Below are positions 52,074 to 64,000 of a stretch of DNA of 64,000 nt, in pieces (position 1 is the first letter of the stretch; each line of letters starts with the position of its first letter). The notes under the pieces are model-generated. The model saw nothing but the letters and a program-made list of their open reading frames with translations. It was not told the DNA's origin and did not search any database. The stretch is taken from contig OZ024743.1 of NCBI GenBank assembly GCA_964016885.1, positions 434,001-498,000 on the forward strand, read 5' to 3'. Origin of the DNA: Eledone cirrhosa. Lineage: Eukaryota. The translations under genes and the position numbers were made by a program.

Positions 52074-52639
52074 ACATTTTTCATGTCTAGTTTAATATTT
52101 TTTTACAGCAAGGCTTCTAATAACTATAGTTAAACATGATATATATTAAAAATGAATTATCGTTGTAATGTAATTAGATCATATAATTGTTATTATAAAT
52201 GATCTTATAAATATTAGTGTAAGATGTATAAAAATATTTTCAGACTTTTAATATAAACAACAACAAAAAACAATCAATATTTAATCAATATATTATACAT
52301 AATAGAAAAGATAAAATAAATAAACAATATAAAAATAAAATATTTACATACAATTGCAATTATCAGTCTATATAAATTTTCTTTATTCCCTGAGCAAATT
52401 AATGAGATGTGTTCTTATTGCATATAATTTGATGACTTTTTGGAGTGTATTAAAAGATAACAACAATTTGTGATTAAATTGTTATCTTAAGCAATTCTCT
52501 TTTTAATAGTTGTTGGCTGAGTGAAATTAGAAAAGCCTATAGCAAATATTTTAAAAAATACACAAACTACATTTCTCTGCAACATTAGATAAAATAATTG
52601 AGCAATGTCGTGAGATTTTGTTCTTATTGCACATTAATA

Positions 52640-52805
52640 GTGTTTCTATTTTTCGGCACAAAGCCATTACCGCAGTCCATTACTGGTACTGTATTTTATC
52701 TAACTGGTAAGGATGAAAGACAAAGTTAACCTCGGCGGGATTTGAACTTAGAACACAAAGGGTCATAACAATGCTGCAAAGCATGGTGTCTGACACTCTA
52801 CCAAT
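52640..52805 (-). mobile_element. Diverged SINE copy
   Basis: Homology to the SINE family. Confidence 0.7.
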
Positions 52806-53992
52806 ACTTGTGTTGAGCTGGTCACCAATTTGTGGTGGTCGTGCGGGGAGTAGAACAACAAGCGCTAGTCGAAATAGTATGAACAAAACATTTTTATTTG
52901 TCGAAGAACATATTTTCAATACCGTTTGTGAATGGGCATCTACTTATAGTAACAGTGTATTACTGGTACTTTATTTTATCAACCCCGTAAAGATGAAAGG
53001 CAAAGTTAATACTGACAATAATGCAAATGTGTAATAGTGAAAATTTGCGGCTTTTTAAATAATTTATCGTCTGCTCACGTTGCATTAAAGGGAAATAACT
53101 CATTTTCTCAACTGTATTTATACATTTTAACTGAAACATCAATATTACACATTCGATTTGAACATTTTTTTACCGATCTCTCTGCTGGAGCTTAATCTAT
53201 AAGTTTAGATGTGTGGCGACCGTTTTAGTAGAGAGACAGACAGGCAGACAACCTCAGTTTTATATATAAATATATATACATATCAAAGATTTTTAAACGC
53301 GTGTGACACAATTTTTTACAGTGTTTTTAGAAAAATTATTTTTACAAATATTTACAAAGTGCAGTTTGTATTACAATAGGAACTCTGCCTATACTCGATT
53401 GCAATATATAAAGAGGAACAAGATACAAAGATATATTTCTTTATTTGGCACAAGGGCGCACAAAAATGGGACATTACAGAACATGAATATACGGTATTTT
53501 GAAGTGTTTAAAATTTTTTACAAACAAAAATTTAGAATCGTTTTGTACAAACGATAAATTAAAAAATATTTGTACAAACTTTTACTATATAATTTCATCT
53601 TATCTATTGACAGCCTAACCCTAACCCTAACGTCAATATATTACATTTGTTTTAACATTTTAAAAATAGTTAATATAAATTTTTAAAAATCATATAACGA
53701 CGAAATAATAAAAATAAATGAACTAGAAAAACAAACAAAAAAACATGGCGGATGTTTTTGAGCAACACTTACTCTGATTGGTTGAAAATTAGCCAATGGC
53801 ATGTAATCACCATGGCCACGGCCAGACCTTGAAAAAAAAATTGACGATCTACACATATATGTTAGAACACTAAAGTGACTAAAACTTCGTGTCTAACAGA
53901 TATATATTAGAAAGAGTCGGAGCCCAAGTAAAAAATACTTTGTTGAATAATGGGTCTTACTAGTTAAAAACTGGCTAAATCCTGATTTATAT

Positions 53993-54029
<37 letters not shown>

Positions 54030-54037
54030 CATATATA

Positions 54038-54118
<81 letters not shown>

Positions 54119-54365
54119 TCATGTATATATTTATGCTTTTCGTATGAGACGTTACTTGAAATGGGTCACTGCAACAGCACATCCTTCTTAGCAAAGCGTA
54201 AACAAGCTATATAATTGCTTGTACACAATTGATTATATTTGTGTCAATAAAACCCCCACAAAAAATGAAAATATGCAATCACACACACAAACACACACAC
54301 ACACACGCACGTGTGTGTGTGTGTGCGTTTGTATGTATGCATTTATTTATGTATGTTTGTTTTTG

Positions 54366-54396
<31 letters not shown>

Positions 54397-54573
54397 TGTG
54401 TTTGTTTGTGTATGCGGGTACATATATGCGGTTTTATTTTTGTTTATCTGTGTTTGCACATATTGAAACACATTTGTTTGGCCGACACCCCAGACAAGGA
54501 CAATAGAATGCTCCACTGTAACAATATTTACTATATGTGGATATTTGTGTAGATATACACACCACGTACAAAT

Positions 54574-54632
<59 letters not shown>

Positions 54633-54667
54633 CACACACACACAAACACTCACACACATACATACAC

Positions 54668-54760
<93 letters not shown>

Positions 54761-54763
<3 letters not shown>

Positions 54764-54930
54764 TGGCGGACTGGGTCTAAAAATATTGGTTGCCAGGAGA
54801 TGAAGTGGGACACATCTACATATAGAATGCTATCATTTAATTTTTATAATAAATAAATAGAATTTTCGAAAAATTCATCAGTGGAAACAAAACAGTACAA
54901 TCAAATTTTTGCGGAAAAGATATCTTACCT
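54761..54930 (+). mobile_element. Left end of a hAT-like MITE (same family as 56035-56415)
   Basis: cagtggcggactgggtctaaaaatattggttgc shared with 56035. Confidence 0.55.
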
Positions 54931-54983
54931 TCTCCAATAAAAAGTATTAAGTATTTTGCGAAATCCAGAGACTTTCACTGACA

Positions 54984-55438
54984 AGAAGTCGACCCTATAT
55001 AATACTAATAGCTCCAGGAAAGACATGAACGACACCACATCTTTTTAACTTTGATTTTGAAAGTAGGTTTATAATTATCAATTTTCATTATACTTTTGTA
55101 GCTGTCTCGGTGGCCTAGTTGGGGGAATCATAGACGGTGGTGATCCTGGTCTGAAGTTCGACCCTGGTCGGGAGTAGGGTTCCCGGTAAACCTCTTCAGT
55201 TTTTTTTATGGATTTAAAAGAACCCTGAAAAATGTTACATCTATCTCTTGACTAGGATTAAACCCAAAGCCAGGCTCTCCACCGTCTCTATTACCTACCA
55301 CTAGGCCACAATGACAACTACGAAAATCTCATGAAAATTCATACTTATAAACCTACTTTCAAAATTTTCAAAACAAAGTGCTGTGGTGTCGTTCATAACT
55401 TTCTTAATGTTATTGCTCCTAATTAAGGTCGACTTCTA
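54984..55438. repeat. Diverged palindrome containing tRNA-like Pol III units
   Basis: Arms are imperfect reverse complements. A-box tggcctagttgg (55111), B-box agttcgaccc (55155), T-run at 55200. Confidence 0.55.
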
Positions 55439-55670
55439 AATCATTTGGGTGTTCCATAAACTACATCCTCGTTTTGTTTCACATCTATCTAGACTGAATT
55501 TTAACCTGTAATCCATGTTTAATTTCTGTTCACCCTCATTTCTTCCCACCCCCCTCTATCTATCTCTCTCTCTGTGATATTTCAATTTACTATAATTTGG
55601 GCTTACCTTATTCCTATATATATATGTTTTTGCATGTCAGTTATGATTGGCATTATATATATATATAGAT

Positions 55671-55856
55671 GGTGGATTGGCAGTATCGGTAGAGAGTCGG
55701 ACGCCATGCTTTCCAGCATAGTTACGCCCCTTTACGCTCTGAGTTCAAATCCCGCCGAGGTTCACTTTGCCTTTCATCCTAACGGGGTCGATAAAATAAA
55801 GTACCAGTAATGTACTGGATCATTGCTGGCCTTGTGCCAAAAAAGTAGACACAATT
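55671..55856 (+). mobile_element. tRNA-derived SINE, full length
   Basis: A and B boxes and body intact. Confidence 0.88.
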
Positions 55857-56034
55857 ATATATATATATATGTGTGTGTGATTTCCATGGGTATGTCATTA
55901 TTTATAAAACAAATTTTGTATTTTATCTGATAAAAGCGCACCAAGTTTTGCTTGGTCGCCCTTGAAATCTATATAATAAATATAAATATGGTTTTCCATT
56001 TATTATTATCTTGGTATATCTATATATATATATA

Positions 56035-56415
56035 CAGTGGCGGACTAGGTCTAAAAATATTGGTTGCGAGGTGAAGCGGGCCCACCTACATATAGAGTGA
56101 TATCATTTAATTTTTATAATGAATAAATAACATTTTTGAAAAATACATAAGTGGAAACAAAACAGTGCAATCAAATTTTTGCGGAAAAATATCTGACCCT
56201 CCCTGAGGAATTGGTTGGCCAAATGCCTTGCTTGATTGTTTTATTGATTTTTTTAAATTTTATTCTTTCTCTTAGATTTCAGGTATTTTTTGAAAGCAAA
56301 GTATTGGCCCCTAAAATACTACAGTCGGCCCTGCAATGCTTCTGTGGGCTCTTGGAATGCTACCGTGGGTTCCAAGGGGCCCACTTGCCACTGGCCAACC
56401 TGACCAGTCCACCAG
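56035..56415 (+). mobile_element. hAT-like MITE
   Basis: Imperfect TIRs cagtggcggactagg ... ccagtccaccag. Confidence 0.55.
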
Positions 56416-56599
56416 ATAGATAGATAAATATATGTGAAAATAAAAAGGGCCACAATAAAGCAAGCAATACTGTACAATAAAGATATACATTAGTTTACGG
56501 ATTGATATCGCATGAAAAAACTGTTAACCTATCCGACGTTAGTCTTTCATGAGAAGATAGAATATGAAATAAAAGAAGATATTTCGGGGATATGCTGGT

Positions 56600-57950
56600 T
56601 AGTGGATATGTTAGATATTAAAGATGTTAAAAGGGAGATAATCGTTGAATATTGTGAGTGGGCGTGTGTGTGTTGATTTGTTTGTCTGTGCAAGCTGTGG
56701 ATGGTTGTGCGTCAGACCGTAACAAGATGGCTGCTGTGAGATGCCCAACACGAGAGGATTGATGATGTATATGAACTTCTGAGTAAACATAGAACCACAT
56801 ACACACGTAGAAACAGTCGCAAAGGGTTGTAGAGAAAGGGAGGTGGTGGTGAACATGATCGCAGCCTTGTTTTCGCCGCAAGGTCAGGGTAGAGTCGTGG
56901 TAGGTGAGGGTAAAAGGAAGGCGGGTACTGGGGTAAGTTGCGGGGTGTGTGTGATATTGTGTGGTCAGCGTCATGGACACTGGTAAGGACAGCTTGGATG
57001 GAGGTGGGGTAATATCTCTGCTGGCTGAAGCGTGAAGTCATGTGTTGAGACTGTTATCGAAGTTATAGTCATGGCAAAAGAGTATGTAGAGTCTGATGTG
57101 AATGGAATGTGGCGAGGTCAAATTGAGATAGGAGTGGGAATCAGTGGATCTGTAGAAGACGGATGTGGTGAGAGTGGTCGATAGATAGATCGATATAGAG
57201 GGTGACGTTGAGAAATTGGACGGAAGAATCGAGAATGGAGATGGTGTAATATAAGGCGGGATGAAAAGACTGGATGAAGGAAATAAAATGGTGGAGCTGT
57301 TCACGGAAAAGAGACGTGGTGCCGATACAATCATCGATATAACGACCGTATAGATCAGGGTTGGATCCTGTATATTGGGAGAATATCTGACTATCAACGT
57401 AGCCAACGAGCAGCTTGGTGTAGTTTGAGTCCATTCTGGTTCCTGTGGCTACCCCAGACACAAGCTGACAACATTCTTCCGTAAAGGTAAAACAATTGAG
57501 TGTGAGAACGAACTCGAAAAGGAGGAGAAGATGGTGAGATTGGTAAAGAAAGAAGGAAAAGTGGTTGAAACGTCTGCGCATGAGTGGTGTCATGGATGTG
57601 GGACAAGGAGGGTGTCTAGGTATTAAGAGATAAGATTAATGGAGCGGTTTTAAGCGGAAACGATAGGATGGCTTGGGCTATTGGGTTTGTGTATCTTGGG
57701 GGCAGAGAAATAGATGGTGGGGGTTCGAGGTGTGCGTAATATAAGTTATATGGTGGGGAAGAGAGGAGACTGTAGGACACGAGTTGGTGGATAGTGGTGG
57801 ATACAAGCCCTTTGGCAAATTTGGTTAGCGTCAGAAATTAAAGAGTTGTACTGAGAGGTTTGTGAATCTAGCAAAAGGCCCGAGTCATGAAGATGTGTGT
57901 CGGCCACACCACTACAGCACCACATTTATCGGTGAGTTATATGACAGTAT
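56600..57950 (-). pseudogene. Degraded Penelope/Poseidon-type PLE RT fragment (second PLE family)
   Basis: FVLTLNCFTF..QLVSGVATGTRM..YGRYIDDCIG..FHPAL..VQFLNV, SVFYRSTDSHSYL, DKCG. Confidence 0.8.
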
Positions 57951-58375
57951 TGTTGACATTTTATTTTCACCGAATGTATGTGTTTGTGCATGATTTTATT
58001 TGACAATTAAACACTTCTAGCTGACCGACAATACGATCAAGGGCAACAGAGTGTTTTATTATATCAATATTTACCATATGACTTGAAACGTTTCATGTTA
58101 AAAGTTGAATAAATACAAAATAACTATAACAATGTAACTAAAATAACAACAATATGTGTAATCGAACTACTTAACATCTGCGTTGATTCGACATGTATTT
58201 TGAATCGTAATAAAGTATTTTTTATGTAGGTAATTTATTAATCTGATAGTACAGCAGTTTGCTTTTACTATGTATGTATGTATGTATGTATGTATGTATG
58301 TATGTATGTATGTATGTATGTATGTATGTATGTATGTATGTATGTATGTATGTATGTATGTATGTATGTATGTAT

Positions 58376-58992
58376 GTCAGGTCACCAGTTGGTGCTACTG
58401 GTAACATGTATCCCAGTACAACCTGTCACATGGTCGTTGGCAACTAAACGTTGGCGACTAAACTGGCAACCCCACCAAGGTTTCTTGGCGAGGAGGGTGA
58501 CTTAGGACATCCTGCAGGACTAAAAACAAAACCTGTCAAAGAGCAAAGGAGCTCTTAAGAGTCAATGGCCATCCAAAATCACCTGGAGAGATGAGCCCTT
58601 AGCCTTTGTCAAGGCAGAATTCTAGGAGAAGGAAAACTCTGATATAACACCTGCAACCCTGATGGTATCCAATGATGTTGACTTGTTCTTCTTTTTGGTA
58701 AATATCATCTTGGTTAAGAGAGTGGGACTGGCTTTATGTAGTGCCTTTGCTCACTATAAAAGCTTCACGGCACAGGCATTGCTTTATATCTGGAGATCTC
58801 TCTGCACTTGTCGTCATATGGTACCATGGGCCCAGCACTATGTGTCAATAATTGTCACAAGTGTAGTGTTTGCACTAGAGTTTTCAAGTCGCTGGGTGGA
58901 CTAAAAAATCACACTCGTTCAGCGCATCCGTAGGGGTTCTCCTACATGGATATAAAGTAGTGGCCGTACTCGAAAACGAGTTGGCAGCCACC
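58376..58992 (+). mobile_element. RTE-derived non-autonomous element in (TATG)n
   Basis: 5' part contains ctaggagaaggaaaactctgat (RTE 5'-UTR-like). 3' part encodes CSVCTRVFKSLGGLKNH and ends with hairpin ctcgaaaacgag. Second copy at 61846-62450. Confidence 0.65.
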
Positions 58993-59289
58993 ATGTATGT
59001 ATGTATGTATGTATGTATGTATGTATGTATGTATGTATGTATGTATGTATGTATGTATGCTCTTCTGGTTTTTTAATTTCACAAATTTTTTCCCAATAGA
59101 GAGAGAGTCGGTTTCTAACATAGACACAAGTATCTCTCATTGGAATTTACACAACATCAACTAGGTAGATTATGTCTGCATGTCTGCATGTGTAGATATG
59201 GATGTTATAGTATGTGTGGATGTGTATGTTTTTTAGTTGTATGTGTGCATGTAATATAGGCTTTGTATCTGTACATGTGTATATGCAAC

Positions 59290-61360
59290 ATTTTTGGAAT
59301 GTTTTAGATAATTTTACTGTTCCATTAATGGATTGTACTTGTAATTTCCTAACTAGTTGTGTTCTTTCTGTTCCTAGCTTCTCAAAATTCGTATTGAGGC
59401 AGTTACTAACATACCCCAGTTCCCCAATAATCACAGGCATAAATCTGAAGGTGTAATCAGGGTAGAGTATCTGCAGATTTCTCATCAGTTCTGCATAAAT
59501 ATTCTCCTTTTCGCTAATCTTTGATATTATATTGGCATCTGCTGGGCAGCTAACTTTCACTACAGTGCATGCTTTCTTCTCCCTGTCCCACATCATATCT
59601 GGTCTGTTATGCCTGCATTTTATTGTTTTCTTTTACTGGAACATTCCACCAGTACTCTTTCATATTATGTACGTGTCTTCCACATTGCTGTAGCTTTTAA
59701 TGTGTTTATTATCGGGGCTATCCTTTTTACGGACTGCATTGTACAGTGTTTTGGCCACTACATCATACCTCAGAGGTAGATAGTACCGCGATGACATCTT
59801 TGGACAGCTGCTGATGACATGGGTGATATCCTCGATGTTAGTTCTGCAGAGTCTACACTCTTATCACATCTAGGTGTTTTTCCTGCAACCCTATCTCTTT
59901 TGTGAATCAGGTATTTCGTGTTAATTTTCTGTTCTTGTATTGCAAAATCGTATTCTTCAAAGTGGGAGCCAATATAGCTTATCTATATTACTCTCACTCT
60001 GGAGCTTCCTGGCAACATATCCAAACATGATTTTTTGCTGATAAGCATGCAGTTTTTCATCCAAGGATTCCCTAGGTGTGAGTTTTTGATTATCACACAG
60101 GGAATATCTCTCGAGGAGTTCCTTCCCAACTCTCATGATCTTATCTGTTTCATGCAGATAGACTTGCTCAAGAGACGGGCTCCTAGGCTTCGAGGTTCGT
60201 AGATGTTGTCGGAGGGACATTCAAATGCTATCTGGACTGATGTTAGGCCTCTGCCTAGATTGGGTTGTTGTTTTTCCCCCTTTACAGACATTTATGGCCA
60301 AACTCCATTCCTATATCCTTTGAGAACGTTGTAACCAGTCAAGATTTTTCTTCATCCCATCCATGTTCTTGGCATAGAGTTTCAGATCATCCACAAATAA
60401 ATTCTGGGTTAGGTTCGTATTTCTGTCCTCCTGTGAGCCTATGATGTATCCCTCACATTTCTTGAGCTGAAAGGACAAGGGGTTTAATGACAAGATGAAT
60501 AATATCACAGAGAGGCTGTCCCCTCCCTGTCTTTAACCTTAGGATAGTAACCCAAGAAGAAGACAGCCTCTCTATGGCTCTGACAATAATGTCTGGGACT
60601 TTAGCAAGTTGGAGGGCCTCTATCATCAAAGAGTGGGGAACAGAATCGAAAGCTTTCTGTAGTCCAGCCAGACTGTAGCCATATTCCTCCTAAGTTGTCG
60701 CACCTCCGACATCGCAGTTTTTTTAATTAGGAGTTGTTCAGCACATCCCAAAACCCCTTTCTTTCCTGCTGCTTATTAATCTGTGATGATGTTAATATTT
60801 TAGACTCAGATGGTCTACGTGGTGTCAAATATCTTCGATTATTATTATTATTTCTTCGATTATTCCCCCAGCATTCGAGGTAGACTTAGATGGCACAGGT
60901 GGTGTCAAGTTTCTTACAGGCATAGTTGTTTCAAGGCACTGTTCGACCTGGCTGCCAGGAAGTCTTGTAGCATGGCGACCTGTAGCACGTGTTGTTGATC
61001 CCATGTTTGTTGTGAGGTACTTAGAATTAATAATATTTATCCTATTTTTACGTTCAACAAACGTCGCTTGTTGGCGTAATTGTTTCGCTGTGAAATAATT
61101 TAGCTCTGGGTGCATTTCGTCCCAGAGTAGATTATTCAGTTCATATAGCCAATGGAGGGATTGTTTTTTGCATTTTATAACAATTATATAAATCATTATT
61201 AACTTCGCAACTCCAAGAGAAATGCGATTGATAATTTCGGTTTCTTCTGTAGCTACAACTGAATAAAGTTTGTTTACTTTTCTTGTTGTTTGTCTTCGAT
61301 ACTTCCTTAATTTTGTTGTTGATGTTGTGTTCAGCCATGCTGTTTGTAGCAAATCCTTGT
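59290..61360 (-). pseudogene. Degraded R4/Dong-like RLE LINE
   Basis: KAFDSVPHS, GDSLS, LFVDDLKLY, CRLC..EDITHVISSC, RPDMMWD, EKENIY, PVIIGELG. Deletions and frameshifts present. Confidence 0.75.
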
Positions 61361-61568
61361 AAAATGAATTATGTATTTAGTCGGATATATCTCCACGAAG
61401 TCGAATAAAAGGTGTCTTCAAAAGATATAGTTAGAAGAATAACCAGTTATTCAACATGACTGCAGTTGTGGCATTACTGTCGGAGATAGTATTCATCTTA
61501 AATTTAATAAATAGTCTCCCACGCCAAAATATGCAACTGATCGCGTTGACTGTATGTATGTATACATG

Positions 61569-61681
<113 letters not shown>

Positions 61682-61764
61682 ATGTGTGTGTGTGTGTGTA
61701 TGCATGTCTGTATGCATGTTTATATATATGTATATATGTATGTATATATGTATGTATGCATATT

Positions 61765-61796
<32 letters not shown>

Positions 61797-61845
61797 TGTA
61801 TGTATGTATGTATGTATGTATGTATGTATGTATGTATGTATGTAT

Positions 61846-62450
61846 GTCAGGTCACCACTTGGTGCTACTGGTAACATGTATCCCAGTACAACCTGTCTCA
61901 TGGTCGGGTCGTTGGCGACTAAACTGGCAACCCCACCAAGGTTTCTTGGTGAGGAGGGTGACTTTGGGCATCCTGCAGGACTAAAAACAAAACCTGTCAA
62001 AGGGCAAACAGCTCTTAAGAGTCAATGGCCATCCAGAATCACCGGGAGAGATGACCCCTTAGCCTTTGTCAAGGCAGAATTCTAGGAGAAGGAAAACTCT
62101 GATATAACACCTGCAACCCTGATGGTATCCAATGATGTTGACTTGTTCTTCTTTTTGGTAAATATCATCTTGGTTAAGAGAGTGGGACTGGCTTTGTGCA
62201 GTGCCTTTGCTCACTATAAAAGCTTCACGGCACAGGCATTGCTTTATATCTGGAGATCTCTCTGCACTTGTCGTCACATGGTACCATGGGCCTAGCACTA
62301 TGTGTCAATAATTGTCACAAGTGTAGTGTTTGTACCAGAGTTTTCAAGTCGCTGGCTGGACTAGAAAGTCAGTTATTCAGCGCATCGGTAGAGGTTCTCC
62401 TACATGGATATGAAGTAGTGGCCGTACTCGAAAACGAGTTGGCAGCCACC
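61846..62450 (+). mobile_element. RTE-derived non-autonomous element in (TATG)n (second copy)
   Basis: Highly similar to 58376-58992. Confidence 0.65.
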
Positions 62451-63039
62451 ATGTATGTATGTATGTATGTATGTATGTATGTATGTATGTATGTATGTAT
62501 GTATGTATGTATGTATAGGTGAAGTTTCGTATGTGTTACCTGTCTAAATTATTTGAATTCTTCCTTTAAAAATATCGAGTCTTAAAGCAAAACATATCTC
62601 CATTAGTGGAAAGGTACATGTCGAATGTTAGAAATCTCAGATTTTACTTTCAATGTACAAATTAGCTTGTAAACCTTTTTGCCTGATAGCCACAAGCTTT
62701 TCGAGATTACTTCGTAAATATTTACTAACATAACAAAGTGCTCCAAGAATTGTCGATATAAATGAGAATTTTTAATCTGATATGTGAAATATTAGGTTTC
62801 GAAGCAGCTGTCCGTAAACATTCTCTTTCTCATTGATTTTCAATGAAATATTCCCATTTGAAAGAATACTAATCTTTGTAACTGTACATAGAATTTCTAA
62901 CCTGTCCCAAACAAATATACCTGGCCTGTTCTATTTGCACTTGACGGACTTTGATCGAAATGATTAATCAAGATTTCTTGTATTGATACATATCTACTTA
63001 TCTATCTATCTATCTGTCTATCTATGTATGCACCTCTCT

Positions 63040-63124
<85 letters not shown>

Positions 63125-63144
63125 ATATATTATATGCATATATA

Positions 63145-63322
63145 ACAAAGAAAGTGTGGTAACAAAGCAGGTGGACCATACCGCACCAGAGTACTCGATA
63201 CTTAGGGTAGTAGAGTTGGTAATAGGAAAAGAGTCAGGACCCGACAGCTAGATCCAAACTCGGTCCGGATCTAGCTGTCGAAACGGCCGGAGCTCAGCCG
63301 TCGGAGTACTGATCTTTTCCTA
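63145..63322 (+). mobile_element. (TA)n-flanked structured element, a longer relative of the 110-bp unit at 1950-2364
   Basis: Shared 5' part (gtggaccatac/acgcacca) and 3' part (gtcgaaacggc..gctcagccgtc). 13-bp hairpin at 63243-63279. Confidence 0.7.
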
Positions 63323-63410
63323 TATATATATAAATATTAAATATTTATACTCTGCTTTTTATTGGCTACCTTACTTACTATAGTTACCCCCGATTGAACC
63401 TAGGATAAAG

Positions 63411-63473
<63 letters not shown>

Positions 63474-63541
63474 CAAGGTTTAGCAAATAAGAAAAAAGTT
63501 TCAAAATAAATTTCAAAAAATTCACTGTAGTCACTATGGTT

Positions 63542-63628
63542 ACCTTTACCGAATCGGTTTCGAGTCTCAAAAATAAATGGAAAGTCCTTGCGGGCTTCCA
63601 TTGAAAAGATGAACTCTCGTCAGAAGGT
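63542..63628 (-). ncRNA. Canonical type I hammerhead ribozyme inside a (TA)n-flanked ~360-bp insert (63471-63831)
   Basis: ACCUU-CUGACGA-GAGU...(extended hairpin)...ACUC-GAAA-CCG(AUU)CGG-UA-AAGGU. Confidence 0.8.
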
Positions 63629-63847
63629 TCTTTTCACTCGGAGAATATAAAATTCCCGAGTTCAAATAACGAACTGGCGCTATTCAAAATTGTTCCCGAG
63701 ATGAGAATGAATGATGTGGAAGCAATTCTGTCCAGTGCCGTGTGTAAAGACAGAAGTAGAGGAAGGGAGGTCAGTCTACTACCACTATAAATAGCAGCAG
63801 TCAAAATTACCAGATTTCATCTCTACCAGGGATATATATATATTTTA

Positions 63848-63918
<71 letters not shown>

Positions 63919-64000
63919 TAAAGTGGTCCTTCGTCAGTGATCTTCCAACCATCACAGGTATTTCTTCGCTTTAAAGACCATATACCTCCGGTTGGTGCGA

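Noticed and set aside
53614-53631. (CCCTAA)3 telomere-like repeat
   Set aside because: Only about three units, and no associated EN-minus PLE or subtelomeric structure.
54855-54885. CTGATGA...GAAA on the minus strand
   Set aside because: No stem II or stem I, and not conserved in the paralog at 56.1 kb.
56520-56560. Hammerhead-like remnant at the 3' end of the second PLE (CTCATGAAAGAC..GTCGGAT)
   Set aside because: Both core boxes are mutated. Too degenerate to call.
61875-61930. Possible HDV-like ribozyme in the RTE-derived 5' end (CCAGT...GTCGTTGGCGA-CTAA-ACTGG)
   Set aside because: P2, P4 and J4/2-like pieces are visible, but I could not build P1, P3 and L3, and P2 is broken in the 33.7-kb relative.

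Overview
AT-rich, microsatellite-laden animal genomic DNA with no recognisable host gene. The abundant tRNA-derived SINE and the repeat landscape suggest an octopus or other cephalopod (inference). The window is a nest of mobile elements: a young, near-complete Penelope-like element (PLE; RT plus C-terminal GIY-YIG) with direct and inverted pseudo-LTRs at 12.45-18.02 kb, a disrupted Tx1/L1 LINE, a Chapaev3-like DNA transposon, and Tc1, CRE-, RTE-, R4- and Helitron-like remnants plus many SINEs. The most notable signal is a hammerhead-ribozyme (HHR) system. A 467-bp non-coding unit at 20.77-26.72 kb is repeated 11 times forward and about 1.7 times inverted. Each copy carries a minimal type I hammerhead, so the array looks like a retrozyme or circular-RNA element. 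It shares the neighbouring PLE's architecture: head-to-head arms with both 3' ends on (TA)n. At least six further non-coding inserts, most of them (TA)n-flanked, carry different HHRs, including core variants (U3-A8, U3-G8, U10.1-U11.1, an inserted nucleotide after A9), and one family has the HHR scaffold but lacks the CUGANGA box. All ribozyme calls come from manual motif and base-pairing inspection. Activity is untested.
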